From NCBI GenBank assembly GCA_050949505.1, contig JBMNFV010000001.1, positions 94,284 through 158,283 on the forward strand: 64,000 nt of DNA. The letters are read 5' to 3'. The notes below the pieces were generated by a model that searched no databases, was not told the DNA's origin, and saw only the letters and a list, made by a program, of their open reading frames with translations. The first letter of the stretch is position 1. Every line of letters starts with the position of its first letter. This document shows, piece by piece, positions 18,641 to 27,654 of this stretch. This stretch comes from Patescibacteria group bacterium. Its GTDB lineage: Bacteria; Patescibacteriota; Patescibacteriia; Patescibacteriales; UBA12465. The translations under genes were made by a program, and so were the position numbers.

Positions 18641-19909
18641 TTAATTAGAAGAATTTATAAGTCGCTCTATATTATAAGTCCCCATTGATTCGGCATTTAA
18701 AAACCCATTCATTGCCGCTCTCGCTAGGTTGCCTGAATTTAACATATCGGTTAACCATTCATCTGTATATCGTGGATCAAAACTATCTATCCCGGCGCCA
18801 ATGCTAATTAACCACTCTCGGTTAAAGTCTTCCTGCGAGCCCACTGGCTCCGACATAATAATTGGTAGTCCTAAGCCGGCATAAAAAGATAACTCTGAAG
18901 GCTTAGTCCAAAGAATATCGGTCTCTCTTAAAACTTGATTAAATATCTTGAAATAATCATTTTTTTGAGAAGCAAAAATTATCTCTACTCCTGAACCAGC
19001 AGAGATATTATTAAGAGCTAGGTGCTCTCTAAAATATTCTTTAACCTCCGTCCTGACTCCTGCCACTAGGTTTAATTTTATTTCCCCTTTCTTTATTTTT
19101 CCGCTTAGATTAGCCAAAATACTAGCACCTAATTCTTTTTGTGCCCCAGCACCACCAACCGCAAAGGTGATTGTTAGAGGGCGAGTTTTTTTCTCAAGCG
19201 GCGGTAAAACATCTTTTATTAGCGCTTGATATTTTCGCTGATACTCACCCTGAGGGTCTAAATTTACCAAACGTTGGGCGAGGTCTTTAATAAGAATCTC
19301 TTGCTTCTCTCCAATATTCTCTTTAGGCAAAGGAAAGCCGGTTACAAAAATATTCTCCTCCTTAACTCCGTACATCAAGAATCGTTTTTTTACTTTTTCA
19401 CTAGGGAGCAAAAACTTAATCCGACTATCTTTTAATTTTAGTGGCCCCCAAGCTCGTGAGGCATCGGCATCACAAATAATTGAATAGATATTTTGGGGAT
19501 AATTAAAGTGATCAGCCATATAAGCCGCCACAAAGAAAGTTGTTACTAGCGGAAGATTGTTTCCGGCCAAGCTCTCTATTAAATTTTTTCCTAAACCTTT
19601 TCTAATCGCTTGTTGAAAAAATTTTTGCTGCAAAGTCAATTTAGATAAATCTCTATTAGGATAAAAGGGATCTATTTTTTGCATTTCATCCATGATCCTA
19701 AAAACTAAATTACCCACTAAAGGGACTTTTTTAAACCGAGAAATTGTTTCATAGGACTTTAGATTGTTATGCCAGTACTTCTTTTCCCAGTCAGTCATTC
19801 CCTGGTAGTCATTGGTATTAAAAATCTTCCCCTGACTTAAATCTAAGAGCGGATAAGCTGCCCGCTGATGACCGTAACCCATGTCCGTGGTTACTAAATT
19901 AATTTTCAT
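18641..19909 (-). CDS. GT28-like glycosyltransferase (MGDG synthase/UgtP-like, putative glycolipid synthase)
   Basis: The N-terminal TTDMGYGHQRAA resembles the GxGHxxAA motif of MGDG-synthase N domains. The C-terminal PVGSQEDFNREWL resembles the PGQEExN motif of UgtP/MurG-type enzymes. Confidence 0.5.
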   Translation of the reverse strand: MKINLVTTDMGYGHQRAAYPLLDLSQGKIFNTNDYQGMTDWEKKYWHNNLKSYETISRFKKVPLVGNLVFRIMDEMQKIDPFYPNRDLSKLTLQQKFFQQAIRKGLGKNLIESLAGNNLPLVTTFFVAAYMADHFNYPQNIYSIICDADASRAWGPLKLKDSRIKFLLPSEKVKKRFLMYGVKEENIFVTGFPLPKENIGEKQEILIKDLAQRLVNLDPQGEYQRKYQALIKDVLPPLEKKTRPLTITFAVGGAGAQKELGASILANLSGKIKKGEIKLNLVAGVRTEVKEYFREHLALNNISAGSGVEIIFASQKNDYFKIFNQVLRETDILWTKPSELSFYAGLGLPIIMSEPVGSQEDFNREWLISIGAGIDSFDPRYTDEWLTDMLNSGNLARAAMNGFLNAESMGTYNIERLINSSN

Positions 19910-19973
19910 CTTAAGTATTATCTTTAATTATTAACTATCTTTAGTATAGCAGATTTAATCAACTTTTAGCTAA

Positions 19974-20894
19974 TTAATTATCACCAGCTAGTTGTAAATA
20001 CTGATAAGCACTTAAAGCGGCAATGGTCGCCTGGCCATTAGCGATGGTCAATTGTTTAAATTCACTAGAAGTTACGTCTCCAGCTACAAATAGTCCAGGA
20101 GTTTTAGTTTCCATTCTTTCATTAACTAACACTTGAGCACTAGCATCTCTATCAACCAGCTCAGCTAATAGTTCAGTACTCGCTATCCTTCCTATTTCAA
20201 TAAACACCCCCTCTAACTCTATTTCCCTCATTTCCCCTTGAGTGTCATTTTTTTCTATTAGCACCTTTTCCACCTTATCAGTCCCGACAATCTTTTTTAG
20301 TTCAGCATGGGTAATTATTTCTATATTATCTTTAGCCTTAACCTGTGAAACCAGGGAATCAAAGGCTTTAAATTGATCACTGCGATGCACTAAATAGACC
20401 TGACTAGCTATTTTTGATAATACCTCAGCGGCATCAAGTGCTGAATTTCCCCCTCCGACCACCATCACCCGTTTATCTCTAAAGAAGGGGCCATCGCAAT
20501 TAGCACAGTAAGAAACTCCTTTGCCACTGAACTCGGCCTCCCCTTCAACATTTAGCTTTCTTGGCAGTAGACCCATGGCAACAATTACAGTTTTAGCCTC
20601 TAAGGTTTCTGTCTTCGTCTTAAGAGAAAAATGCCCACTTGGCTCTTTTATGATCTTCTCCACTCTGGCATCTCTTATCTCTACTCCCGCCTCTTTGACC
20701 TGTTTAAACATATTATCAATGAGCTGATAGGCCTGAATGCTCTTAAAGCCTGGGTAATTCTCTATTTCCCCCGCTAAAGTCAATTGTCCTCCTAAAACCT
20801 CTCCCAAAACCAATACTTTCATTTCTCTACGAACTGCATACAACGCGGCAGTTAGCCCGGCTGATCCGGAGCCAATTATAATTACATCATACAT
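19974..20894 (-). CDS. trxB: Thioredoxin-disulfide reductase
   Basis: FAD motif IIGSGSAGLTAALYA, redox-active CANCDG, NADPH motif VVGGGNSALDAAE. Confidence 0.9.
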   Translation of the reverse strand: MYDVIIIGSGSAGLTAALYAVRREMKVLVLGEVLGGQLTLAGEIENYPGFKSIQAYQLIDNMFKQVKEAGVEIRDARVEKIIKEPSGHFSLKTKTETLEAKTVIVAMGLLPRKLNVEGEAEFSGKGVSYCANCDGPFFRDKRVMVVGGGNSALDAAEVLSKIASQVYLVHRSDQFKAFDSLVSQVKAKDNIEIITHAELKKIVGTDKVEKVLIEKNDTQGEMREIELEGVFIEIGRIASTELLAELVDRDASAQVLVNERMETKTPGLFVAGDVTSSEFKQLTIANGQATIAALSAYQYLQLAGDN

Positions 20895-21492
20895 ATAATT
20901 AAAGTATTATTTGATTAATTAAAACTATTATACATTTTTTAAAGCAGGGCTGCAAGTGGCAATAAGCTGGCATCTTTAATGCTTTTACTAAATTTTAGCC
21001 ACAAGAGCCATTCTGTTATCCTTTTGTTTTTATTCTCCCAATTTACCATTTAATTAAAGAAAGGCCAATTCTCAGACTTAAGTCTAGATGACTGTAGACT
21101 TATAATCCGTCTTAATGAACTATAAAAAATAAAGAATTATTAATTATAATGAAAACTAAAAATAAATATAAAGATAACTTAAACTTCCCCAATCTAAGCT
21201 AAATTATTTATAAAAACTAAATAATTTAATTCTATTCACTTCTTAAAATGTTCCCTAAGGAACTTTATTTATTAATTTAAGTAAATTACTCGTTATGCCC
21301 CTATAAAAGCGGGTTTTGTAGTATTTTTGCTAAATTTTTCCAATAACACCCAATCATTTCTTTGTTTTTTGTCCTTATGTTGTTATTTTTCCTTACCGCA
21401 ATTTACTTACTTTAAGGATCTTTTGCGGGGTGATAACAATTAGACTGCTTTTTTTTTGGCTACAAAAAAATTGCTAACGCAATTTATTTTTG

Positions 21493-21566
21493 TGGACCAT
21501 AAGGGATTCGAACCCTTGACCTCTTCCATGCCATGGAAGCGCTCTACCGGACTAAGCTAATGGCCC
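21493..21566 (-). tRNA. tRNA-Ala (anticodon GGC)
   Basis: The reverse complement gives acceptor gggccat/atggtcc with a G3:U70 pair, anticodon arm cttcc-atggcat-ggaag and T-loop ggttcgaatcc. A terminator attgcgttagcaattttttt lies downstream. Confidence 0.85.
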
Positions 21567-21809
21567 GCTTAATTAGGTTGTAGGAATGGCCTAAAAATAC
21601 TTAAACCTCCTTAATCTATACTAAATTATAGCAGTCAGGGGGCGAATGTCAAGGGAAGGGGGCTGGTTTTATCTTTCTTCATATTTTAGCTAATATTAGC
21701 CTAAATATAGGAAAGATCTTGAACTCTCTTTTAAATTTATTCAGCACCCGATTATTCCTCTCCTGTGTTTTACTAAACTTTCTTTATCTGTAATAATTTT
21801 TTTAATTAG

Positions 21810-21881
21810 CGTTCCCGCCAGGAGTCGAACCTGGATCTAGAACTTAGGAGGTTCTTATTCTATCCATTGAACTACGGGAAC
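21810..21881 (-). tRNA. tRNA-Arg (anticodon CCT)
   Basis: The reverse complement gives acceptor gttcccg/cgggaac, anticodon arm agaac-ctcctaa-gttct and T-loop ggttcgactcc. Confidence 0.85.
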
Positions 21882-22054
21882 ATTGAGTCATTCTTTTAGC
21901 TCTTCTTAATTCTATCTTAATTGCTTTATTATTTCAACTCATAACCTGAACGCTGGAAGAATCTAGTCTTTCCACCTTTTTCTGTTTTGACAAAAGCCTA
22001 AAATTGACCTAAAATAACAGTGTAAGTATTAATTAATTATTAAAATTTAGCAAT

Positions 22055-22456
22055 ATGTTTAACAAAGAAGCTAAGCTAGAAAAATTTAAAGATGCCGAAA
22101 CCATCATTGGTGCCTCTGTGAGAGTAAAAGGCAATTTCCAGGGCCAGGGAAACATTGTAATTGAAGGAACCCTGGAGGGGTCTTTAAAGACTAATGCTAA
22201 TTTATTTATTGGCGAAAAGGCTAAGGTGATTGCTAGTGTTGAGGCTAAGGACGCTATTATAAATGGTGAACTTCAAGGCAATGTAAAAACTAAAGGCTAC
22301 CTAGCTATTGGCAGTGGCGCTAAAATATTTGGCGACATTCAATACGGCTCTCTTTCTATTTCTCAAGGAGCTATCGTTCATGGACAACTAAGCGCTCTCG
22401 GAGGAGCTGGGGAGACTAAGGAGGTTAAGAAGGGGACTGCTTTAAAGGAGGAATAA
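22055..22456 (+). CDS. Bactofilin (polymer-forming cytoskeletal protein)
   Basis: A beta-helical repeat pattern runs through the ORF (IIGASVRVKGNFQGQGNIVIEGTLEGSLKTNANLFIGEKAKV...GDIQYGSLSISQGAIVHGQL). Confidence 0.85.
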   Translation: MFNKEAKLEKFKDAETIIGASVRVKGNFQGQGNIVIEGTLEGSLKTNANLFIGEKAKVIASVEAKDAIINGELQGNVKTKGYLAIGSGAKIFGDIQYGSLSISQGAIVHGQLSALGGAGETKEVKKGTALKEE

Positions 22457-22480
22457 TTTTTATAATTCTTTTCAGGTTTT

Positions 22481-23212
22481 ATGTACGTCTATATTTATGA
22501 CGAATATTTGAATAGGCCTAAGTATTCCCGAACTATTAACAAGCTGGAAACTCGCCTAACTGATTTAGGGCTGAATGGAAAGATCATCCGTCTTAGCGGT
22601 ATTAAAAATGTAAAAAACGCCGTTCAGCATGAAATTAAACTAGGAGCACGCACCATTATTGCGGTTGGCAACAATCAAACGGTTAATAAGATTATGGGAG
22701 CGATTATTGAAGTTGAGACCACGGGAGAGACCAGGCCCTTGTTGGGAATCATTCCAATTGGCACTGATAATTCTATTGCCACTTCTTTTGGCATCAAAGA
22801 TATTGAAGAAGCTTGTAGTATTTTATTAGCTAGACGAATAGAGAAAATAGACTTAGGTTTGGTTAATAATTATTATTTCCTTAACCAAGCCAGCATCCAA
22901 AGTCTAAATACTTTAATTAAAATAGATGACTATTCCTTGGAAATCACTGAGCGGGGAATAGTGAAAGTCATTAATCTTTTAAGTGACCCTAAGGAGAAAA
23001 TCAAATCTAATCCTCATGATGGAAAATTGGATGTTTTAATAAAAACCAGAAAACGAGATGAGTCAATTATTACTACCAAGAAACTATTAATCACTAACCC
23101 GCAAGAGAAATTAATTATTGATGAAGTCTTAGAATTAAACACTCCCGTTGAAGTGAGTGTTATGAAGAATAAAATTAGCGTTATTGTTGGTAAAAACCGC
23201 TCCTTTGAATAA
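22481..23212 (+). CDS. Diacylglycerol/lipid kinase catalytic-domain family protein (YegS-like), nucleotide motif degenerate
   Basis: GIIPIGTDNSIATSFGI matches the DAGK_cat PxGTGNDFA region. The position of the GGDGT motif reads AVGNNQT. Confidence 0.6.
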   Translation: MYVYIYDEYLNRPKYSRTINKLETRLTDLGLNGKIIRLSGIKNVKNAVQHEIKLGARTIIAVGNNQTVNKIMGAIIEVETTGETRPLLGIIPIGTDNSIATSFGIKDIEEACSILLARRIEKIDLGLVNNYYFLNQASIQSLNTLIKIDDYSLEITERGIVKVINLLSDPKEKIKSNPHDGKLDVLIKTRKRDESIITTKKLLITNPQEKLIIDEVLELNTPVEVSVMKNKISVIVGKNRSFE

Positions 23213-23364
23213 AAAAAAGACCAGCTTAAACGGGTAGGCAAGAAAATTTCTTTTAGGCACCTTCGAGCAATTGCCGGAAAAATCCTAACAAGAAAATCCC
23301 CATGCTTGTCGTGCCTGACCCGTTTAAATTGGTCTTTTAATATTGATTGTTTTTTAAACAACAT
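23213..23364 (-). ncRNA. Candidate structured small RNA (unknown family)
   Basis: A perfect consensus promoter lies immediately upstream on the minus strand. An 18/19-bp closing helix (aagaccaatttaaacgggt / acccgtttaagctggtctt) encloses about 82 nt and ends in a U8 tract. No ORF is supported. Confidence 0.45.
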
Positions 23365-23367
23365 TAC

Positions 23368-23396
23368 ATTATAGCATAAGTCCATTTCTGTGTCAA
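23368..23396 (-). promoter_or_regulatory. Sigma70-type promoter, perfect TTGACA-N17-TATAAT
   Basis: The minus strand reads ttgaca-cagaaatggacttatgc-tataat, pointing into the gap between two convergent genes. Confidence 0.65.
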
Positions 23397-23487
23397 TAGT
23401 CTTATCCACAGCTTAGTCACAACCCTTCTTAATAACAAAAGCCCTAGCTAATACTAGGACTTTTTAAGTTAAATTCTGAGTTGCTAC

Positions 23488-25533
23488 TTAGACCTTAATA
23501 ACTACTGGTAATACCATTGGGCGCCTTTTAGTTGTTTTAAATAGAAACTGCCCCAAGTCATTTCTAATCTTGTTTTTAATAAAATCATCGTCAGCTGGAG
23601 TCATTGGATTCTTGTCCTTAACAATCTTTTTGATCTTCATTCTAGTTTTTTCTATTAAGTCCCTATTTTCTTTCATGTAAATAAAGCCCCGAGAAATGAT
23701 ATCTGGATTGCCAATAATTGAACCGGTCTTAGAGTCTATCGTAACAATAGTAACTATCATTCCATCATCCGACATAACCTTTCTGTCTCTTAAAACCACC
23801 TCTGAGACATCCCCCACGCCTAAGCCATCAACCATTACGTAGTCAGTATTGGCTGTCTCTTTTAAGACTCTAGGATTTTGTCCTTTTTTAAATCGCAGAA
23901 TATGTCCATTATCTAGAACAAAAATGCTCTCCTCCTTAAGCCCCTCTCTAATTGCTAATTTTTTGGCCTCCACTAACATGTAGTGATTAGCATAAACTGG
24001 TAGAAAATAGTCAGGCTTAATTATTTTTAAAATATTCTTTACATCCTCAGCATTGGCGTGTCCACCGGAATGAACATCCATAATACTGCTATGAATGACG
24101 TGATCACTCATCCGATACAACATATCCTTGATCTTTTGAATTGATCGCTCGTTACCAGGGATAATTGAGGAGGAAAAAACCACAGTATCTGATCGCTGGA
24201 TAGTAATGTAGCGGTGATGATTATTAACTATTCTGGAGAACACGGCATTAGGCTCTCCTTGGGCTCCAGTACAAATTACCATCACCTTGTTATCCGGATA
24301 ATTGTGTATTTGCTCAACAGGAATGATGGTATTTTTATGAGCCGGAATATAGCCCAATTCTTGAGCAATTTTAACATTCATCTTCATGCTGTAGCCATCC
24401 AAAAAAACCTTCTTGCCTATTTTTTCGGCTACCGATATTAGATGAGTAATTCTTTCCAGTTGCGAAGCAAAGGTGCCAATAATAACTCTTCCTTGCGCTT
24501 CTTTAATAATTTTTTCTAAGTTAGCTAGAGTGGTTTTAGTAGACACTCTTTCCTTGGGATAGGAAACCCCTAAGCTTTCTAGCATTAAAATCTTTGGTGC
24601 TGGCAAAGTGGCTAAATGACTATAATCAACTAGACTCTTGCCCTGTTCGTCATATTCCATCATCCAGTCTCCAGGATGAATAACTGTTCCATGGGGAGTT
24701 TTGATAATCACTCCCACCGCATCCATTATTGAATGCTCTACCTGGAAAAAGCTTATCTCAAATCTCCCTAGAAGTATCTTTTGGTCTAAGGATTTGATAA
24801 CTATAGTTTTAAGGTTTTTAGTGCTACCTCTTTTATAGTCCTCCTGCCGATGCTTAATCATTGCTAAAGTGAGATTACGACCAATAATTGGCGGATTACC
24901 TAATTGCTCTAATAGAATTGGCGCCGCGCCAATATGGTCTAAGTGTCCATGACTAAAAATCACTCCTCTAACATTTTTCTTTTTGTCCTTTAGATAATCA
25001 ACATTAGGAACTATATAATCAACCCCGGGCATATCCTCATCGGCAAATTGCATGCCCATATCTAAAATAATCACATCATCCTCATATTCAAAAATGGTGC
25101 AATTGCGACCAACCTCCTCTTGTCCGCCTAGGGGAATAATTCTTAGCGAGGCTTCAGGAGTTAGCGACTGTCCACTAGCCTTAGGTTTACTAAAACTATT
25201 TCTTGGGACTGGCTTGGTCTTTCTTACTCCTCGCTTAGGCGGCCCTGACTTTTTGACTCCTGGCTTATTAGCTCTAGGGCTAGAGGGGACCGGTTTAGCA
25301 GTCTTGGTTTTTGTAAATTGCCGACCACTACCTTTTAACCCTCCTGGAACTAAGTCAGATGATAGAAAATCATCTAACTTTTTATTAACCACTCCCTGCT
25401 TAGTTGCTAAGGATTGGTGATTAGCTCCCGTTTTAACCGGATTAGGTTTTCTAAAATTTCTTGAACTCGCTGTTTTTCTTTGTCCAGCCTGAGCATCACT
25501 ACGCATATTTGACATAATATTCTTGCTTTTCAA
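23488..25533 (-). CDS. rnj: Ribonuclease J with N-terminal basic low-complexity extension
   Basis: Metallo-beta-lactamase motif FSHGHLDHIGA, beta-CASP architecture, C-terminal domain. The first ~125 aa are K/P/S/R-rich. Confidence 0.85.
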   Translation of the reverse strand: MKSKNIMSNMRSDAQAGQRKTASSRNFRKPNPVKTGANHQSLATKQGVVNKKLDDFLSSDLVPGGLKGSGRQFTKTKTAKPVPSSPRANKPGVKKSGPPKRGVRKTKPVPRNSFSKPKASGQSLTPEASLRIIPLGGQEEVGRNCTIFEYEDDVIILDMGMQFADEDMPGVDYIVPNVDYLKDKKKNVRGVIFSHGHLDHIGAAPILLEQLGNPPIIGRNLTLAMIKHRQEDYKRGSTKNLKTIVIKSLDQKILLGRFEISFFQVEHSIMDAVGVIIKTPHGTVIHPGDWMMEYDEQGKSLVDYSHLATLPAPKILMLESLGVSYPKERVSTKTTLANLEKIIKEAQGRVIIGTFASQLERITHLISVAEKIGKKVFLDGYSMKMNVKIAQELGYIPAHKNTIIPVEQIHNYPDNKVMVICTGAQGEPNAVFSRIVNNHHRYITIQRSDTVVFSSSIIPGNERSIQKIKDMLYRMSDHVIHSSIMDVHSGGHANAEDVKNILKIIKPDYFLPVYANHYMLVEAKKLAIREGLKEESIFVLDNGHILRFKKGQNPRVLKETANTDYVMVDGLGVGDVSEVVLRDRKVMSDDGMIVTIVTIDSKTGSIIGNPDIISRGFIYMKENRDLIEKTRMKIKKIVKDKNPMTPADDDFIKNKIRNDLGQFLFKTTKRRPMVLPVVIKV

Positions 25534-25611
25534 TAAACCCTCCTTTCTTTACTTAAGGTAATGCTTATTGATTAATAATTTAATTTTATGAGTTATTTTT
25601 GGTAATTACTA

Positions 25612-27408
25612 TTACCAGTTAAATTTTGCTTTTGTTTTTAAATACCAATCGCTAATAGTTGAAAAGCGATCAGCTGAGGTTATGATAACTTCACCAGAAA
25701 ATCCCTTAACTCGCTTACTCTGTAAATAGGTATACGAGGGGGAGAATAGAAAGACCACTGGGAGGTCTTCGGTAATTTTGCTTTGAATCTCCCAATACTT
25801 AGCTACTCTTTGTTCTTGATTGGTTGTCTCTCGGGCTTCAGTAAGCAGATCGTCTACTGACTTGTTACTATAGTTAGCAATGTTTAAGCCCCCTGTTTTG
25901 GCTTGACTAGAGTGCCAAAAAATATAAATATCTGGGTCAGCACCAACTTCTGTTCCGTAAAAAATAACCTCAAAGTCTCTATTTTTTATTATCTCTATAG
26001 CCTCTTCTGGCATAACTACCTTAATCTCAACTTCAATACCAATGTTTTCCCAATATTCCTTTATTTTCTCCGCCACCAGGACATTGCGATTAGCGTCAAT
26101 TACTGTGATGCTTATTTTACTTAACTTGCTTTCTAGCTCCTCTCTAGCTTGATCTGGTTGAAAGTCATATTTAAATAACTCTGGGAAATAGGCATAACTA
26201 CTACTTAAGATCGGCCCATCCTCCCTTTGATAAGCTCCCGAGAAGACGCTCTCTATCAACTCATCTTTATCAATGGCCTTAGCTAAGGCAATTCTTACCG
26301 CCTGAGTTAAAGAGCTATTTTTTTCTTGATTAAAATAAAGTCCAAAAACCTGAGGACGAATTAACTCATTCACTTCTCCGGCAAAAGAACTAAAGCCCTT
26401 TAGTCCTGCCTGCTCGCTTATCGGTAAATAACTTAAACCATCTATCTGTCTATCACTTAGGGCATGAAAGGCCTCTGGATAATTGGGGAAAAATTCAAAC
26501 TTGATATTTTTAATATAAGGGAGTTCTCCGTAGTAATCAGTATTAACAGTTAAATTATAATCCTTGATCACTCCCTCCTTGTTCTTATTCAAAGACTTAA
26601 ATTTATATGGCCCTGACCCTACTGGCTTTAAGTTTAATTCCGACAAAATAACGGCATCTGGATTAGTCTTCCCCCACAAATTTTTGGGTAAAATGCCAAA
26701 AGTTAGATTATTTAAAAAGGGCGCATAAGGAGAAGGCAGGCTAAGCTTAAGACTTAACTCATCTAATTTCTCAATCTCCACCTCTAAAAATGAATTCCTT
26801 AATGGGGAGTGATAGTCCTCATTTTTAATGGCCTCTAAGGTGAAAATAACATCATCCACTGTTACTGGGCTATCGTCGTGCCACTTAACTCCTTCCTTAA
26901 TCCTAATTATATAAACCTTATCCTCTTCTATGCTATAATCCGCTACTAAATCATTAATTAATTGCCCCTGCTTATCGTAAGTAAATAGGGAAGAATAAAC
27001 TAATCGGCTTAAATCTCCACCAATCTCTCGATCTATGGCATACAAAGGATTAGTTGTTTTAGGATAAGAAACTGAGCCTTCTACATACTCTCCGCCATAA
27101 ACTGGATAATAGCTCAGATGTTTTTTAAAAAAGACTACTCCTAGAAAAACTAGATTAACTAAAATGACCAGCAAGGCCAGCTTAATGAGTAAGTATTCCC
27201 GGGGATTTAAAAAGCGCTTTAAATACTTAAGCTGTTGTCGGTTTGGTATTTTCTGAGGAGATAGGCTATAAACCAACTTCTTGTCTAAGTCTATTGGTTT
27301 AAACTTTTTCTTTTTTCTAAAAATTTTATTTTTTAGCGAAGAAAAAAATGATAAAGCTTTGTTTACCTGACGTTTAAAAGAGTTTGTCTGACGTTTAAAT
27401 GGTTTCAC
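25612..27408 (-). CDS. ABC-transporter family 5 substrate-binding protein (peptide/nickel type), membrane-anchored
   Basis: N-terminal TM anchor. Length and motifs (VKWHDDSPVTVDDVIFT, GSGPYKF) are typical of SBP family 5. No permease or ATPase gene is adjacent. Confidence 0.75.
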   Translation of the reverse strand: MKPFKRQTNSFKRQVNKALSFFSSLKNKIFRKKKKFKPIDLDKKLVYSLSPQKIPNRQQLKYLKRFLNPREYLLIKLALLVILVNLVFLGVVFFKKHLSYYPVYGGEYVEGSVSYPKTTNPLYAIDREIGGDLSRLVYSSLFTYDKQGQLINDLVADYSIEEDKVYIIRIKEGVKWHDDSPVTVDDVIFTLEAIKNEDYHSPLRNSFLEVEIEKLDELSLKLSLPSPYAPFLNNLTFGILPKNLWGKTNPDAVILSELNLKPVGSGPYKFKSLNKNKEGVIKDYNLTVNTDYYGELPYIKNIKFEFFPNYPEAFHALSDRQIDGLSYLPISEQAGLKGFSSFAGEVNELIRPQVFGLYFNQEKNSSLTQAVRIALAKAIDKDELIESVFSGAYQREDGPILSSSYAYFPELFKYDFQPDQAREELESKLSKISITVIDANRNVLVAEKIKEYWENIGIEVEIKVVMPEEAIEIIKNRDFEVIFYGTEVGADPDIYIFWHSSQAKTGGLNIANYSNKSVDDLLTEARETTNQEQRVAKYWEIQSKITEDLPVVFLFSPSYTYLQSKRVKGFSGEVIITSADRFSTISDWYLKTKAKFNW

Positions 27409-27434
27409 GAGTATTTTTTATTGCTCAATAAATA

Positions 27435-27650
27435 TTAAGCAAAAAAGAAAGCTCCTAGCGATAAGAGGATAAAAATAACCGCTAATACGATGGTGGCGGT
27501 AAATAGTTTTTTTTCTAAGCCACGCTTAGTTAAATAAACTCCCCCTGAACCTCCAAAAACTCCACCTAAGCCTGACCCTCGGTTTTGCATTAAAATTGCT
27601 ACCATTAATAGTGTCGCCACTACTAATTGAATAACTTTAAGCCAAAACAT
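27435..27650 (-). CDS. secG: Preprotein translocase subunit SecG
   Basis: 71 aa, two TM helices flanking the glycine-rich QNRGSGLGGVFGGSGG loop. Confidence 0.8.
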   Translation of the reverse strand: MFWLKVIQLVVATLLMVAILMQNRGSGLGGVFGGSGGVYLTKRGLEKKLFTATIVLAVIFILLSLGAFFFA

Positions 27651-27654
27651 AACT

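Noticed and set aside
23213-23364. Identification of the candidate sRNA as SRP (4.5S) RNA
   Set aside because: The minus strand contains GGUCAGG...AGCA, reminiscent of the SRP helix-8 motif. However, there is no local GNRA-capped hairpin between these elements and the fold does not match. It is left as an unknown family.
23014-23409. 131-aa minus-strand ORF spanning the DAGK-like gene end and the convergent-gene gap
   Set aside because: It overlaps the 3' end of a well-supported plus-strand gene and runs through the promoter and hairpin of the candidate sRNA. It has no RBS and no recognisable motifs.
23402-23410. Perfect DnaA box ttatccaca just upstream of the sRNA promoter -35
   Set aside because: A single exact 9-mer is roughly expected by chance in 64 kb of AT-rich sequence on two strands. 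It is isolated and far from the dnaA locus, so no regulatory claim is made.
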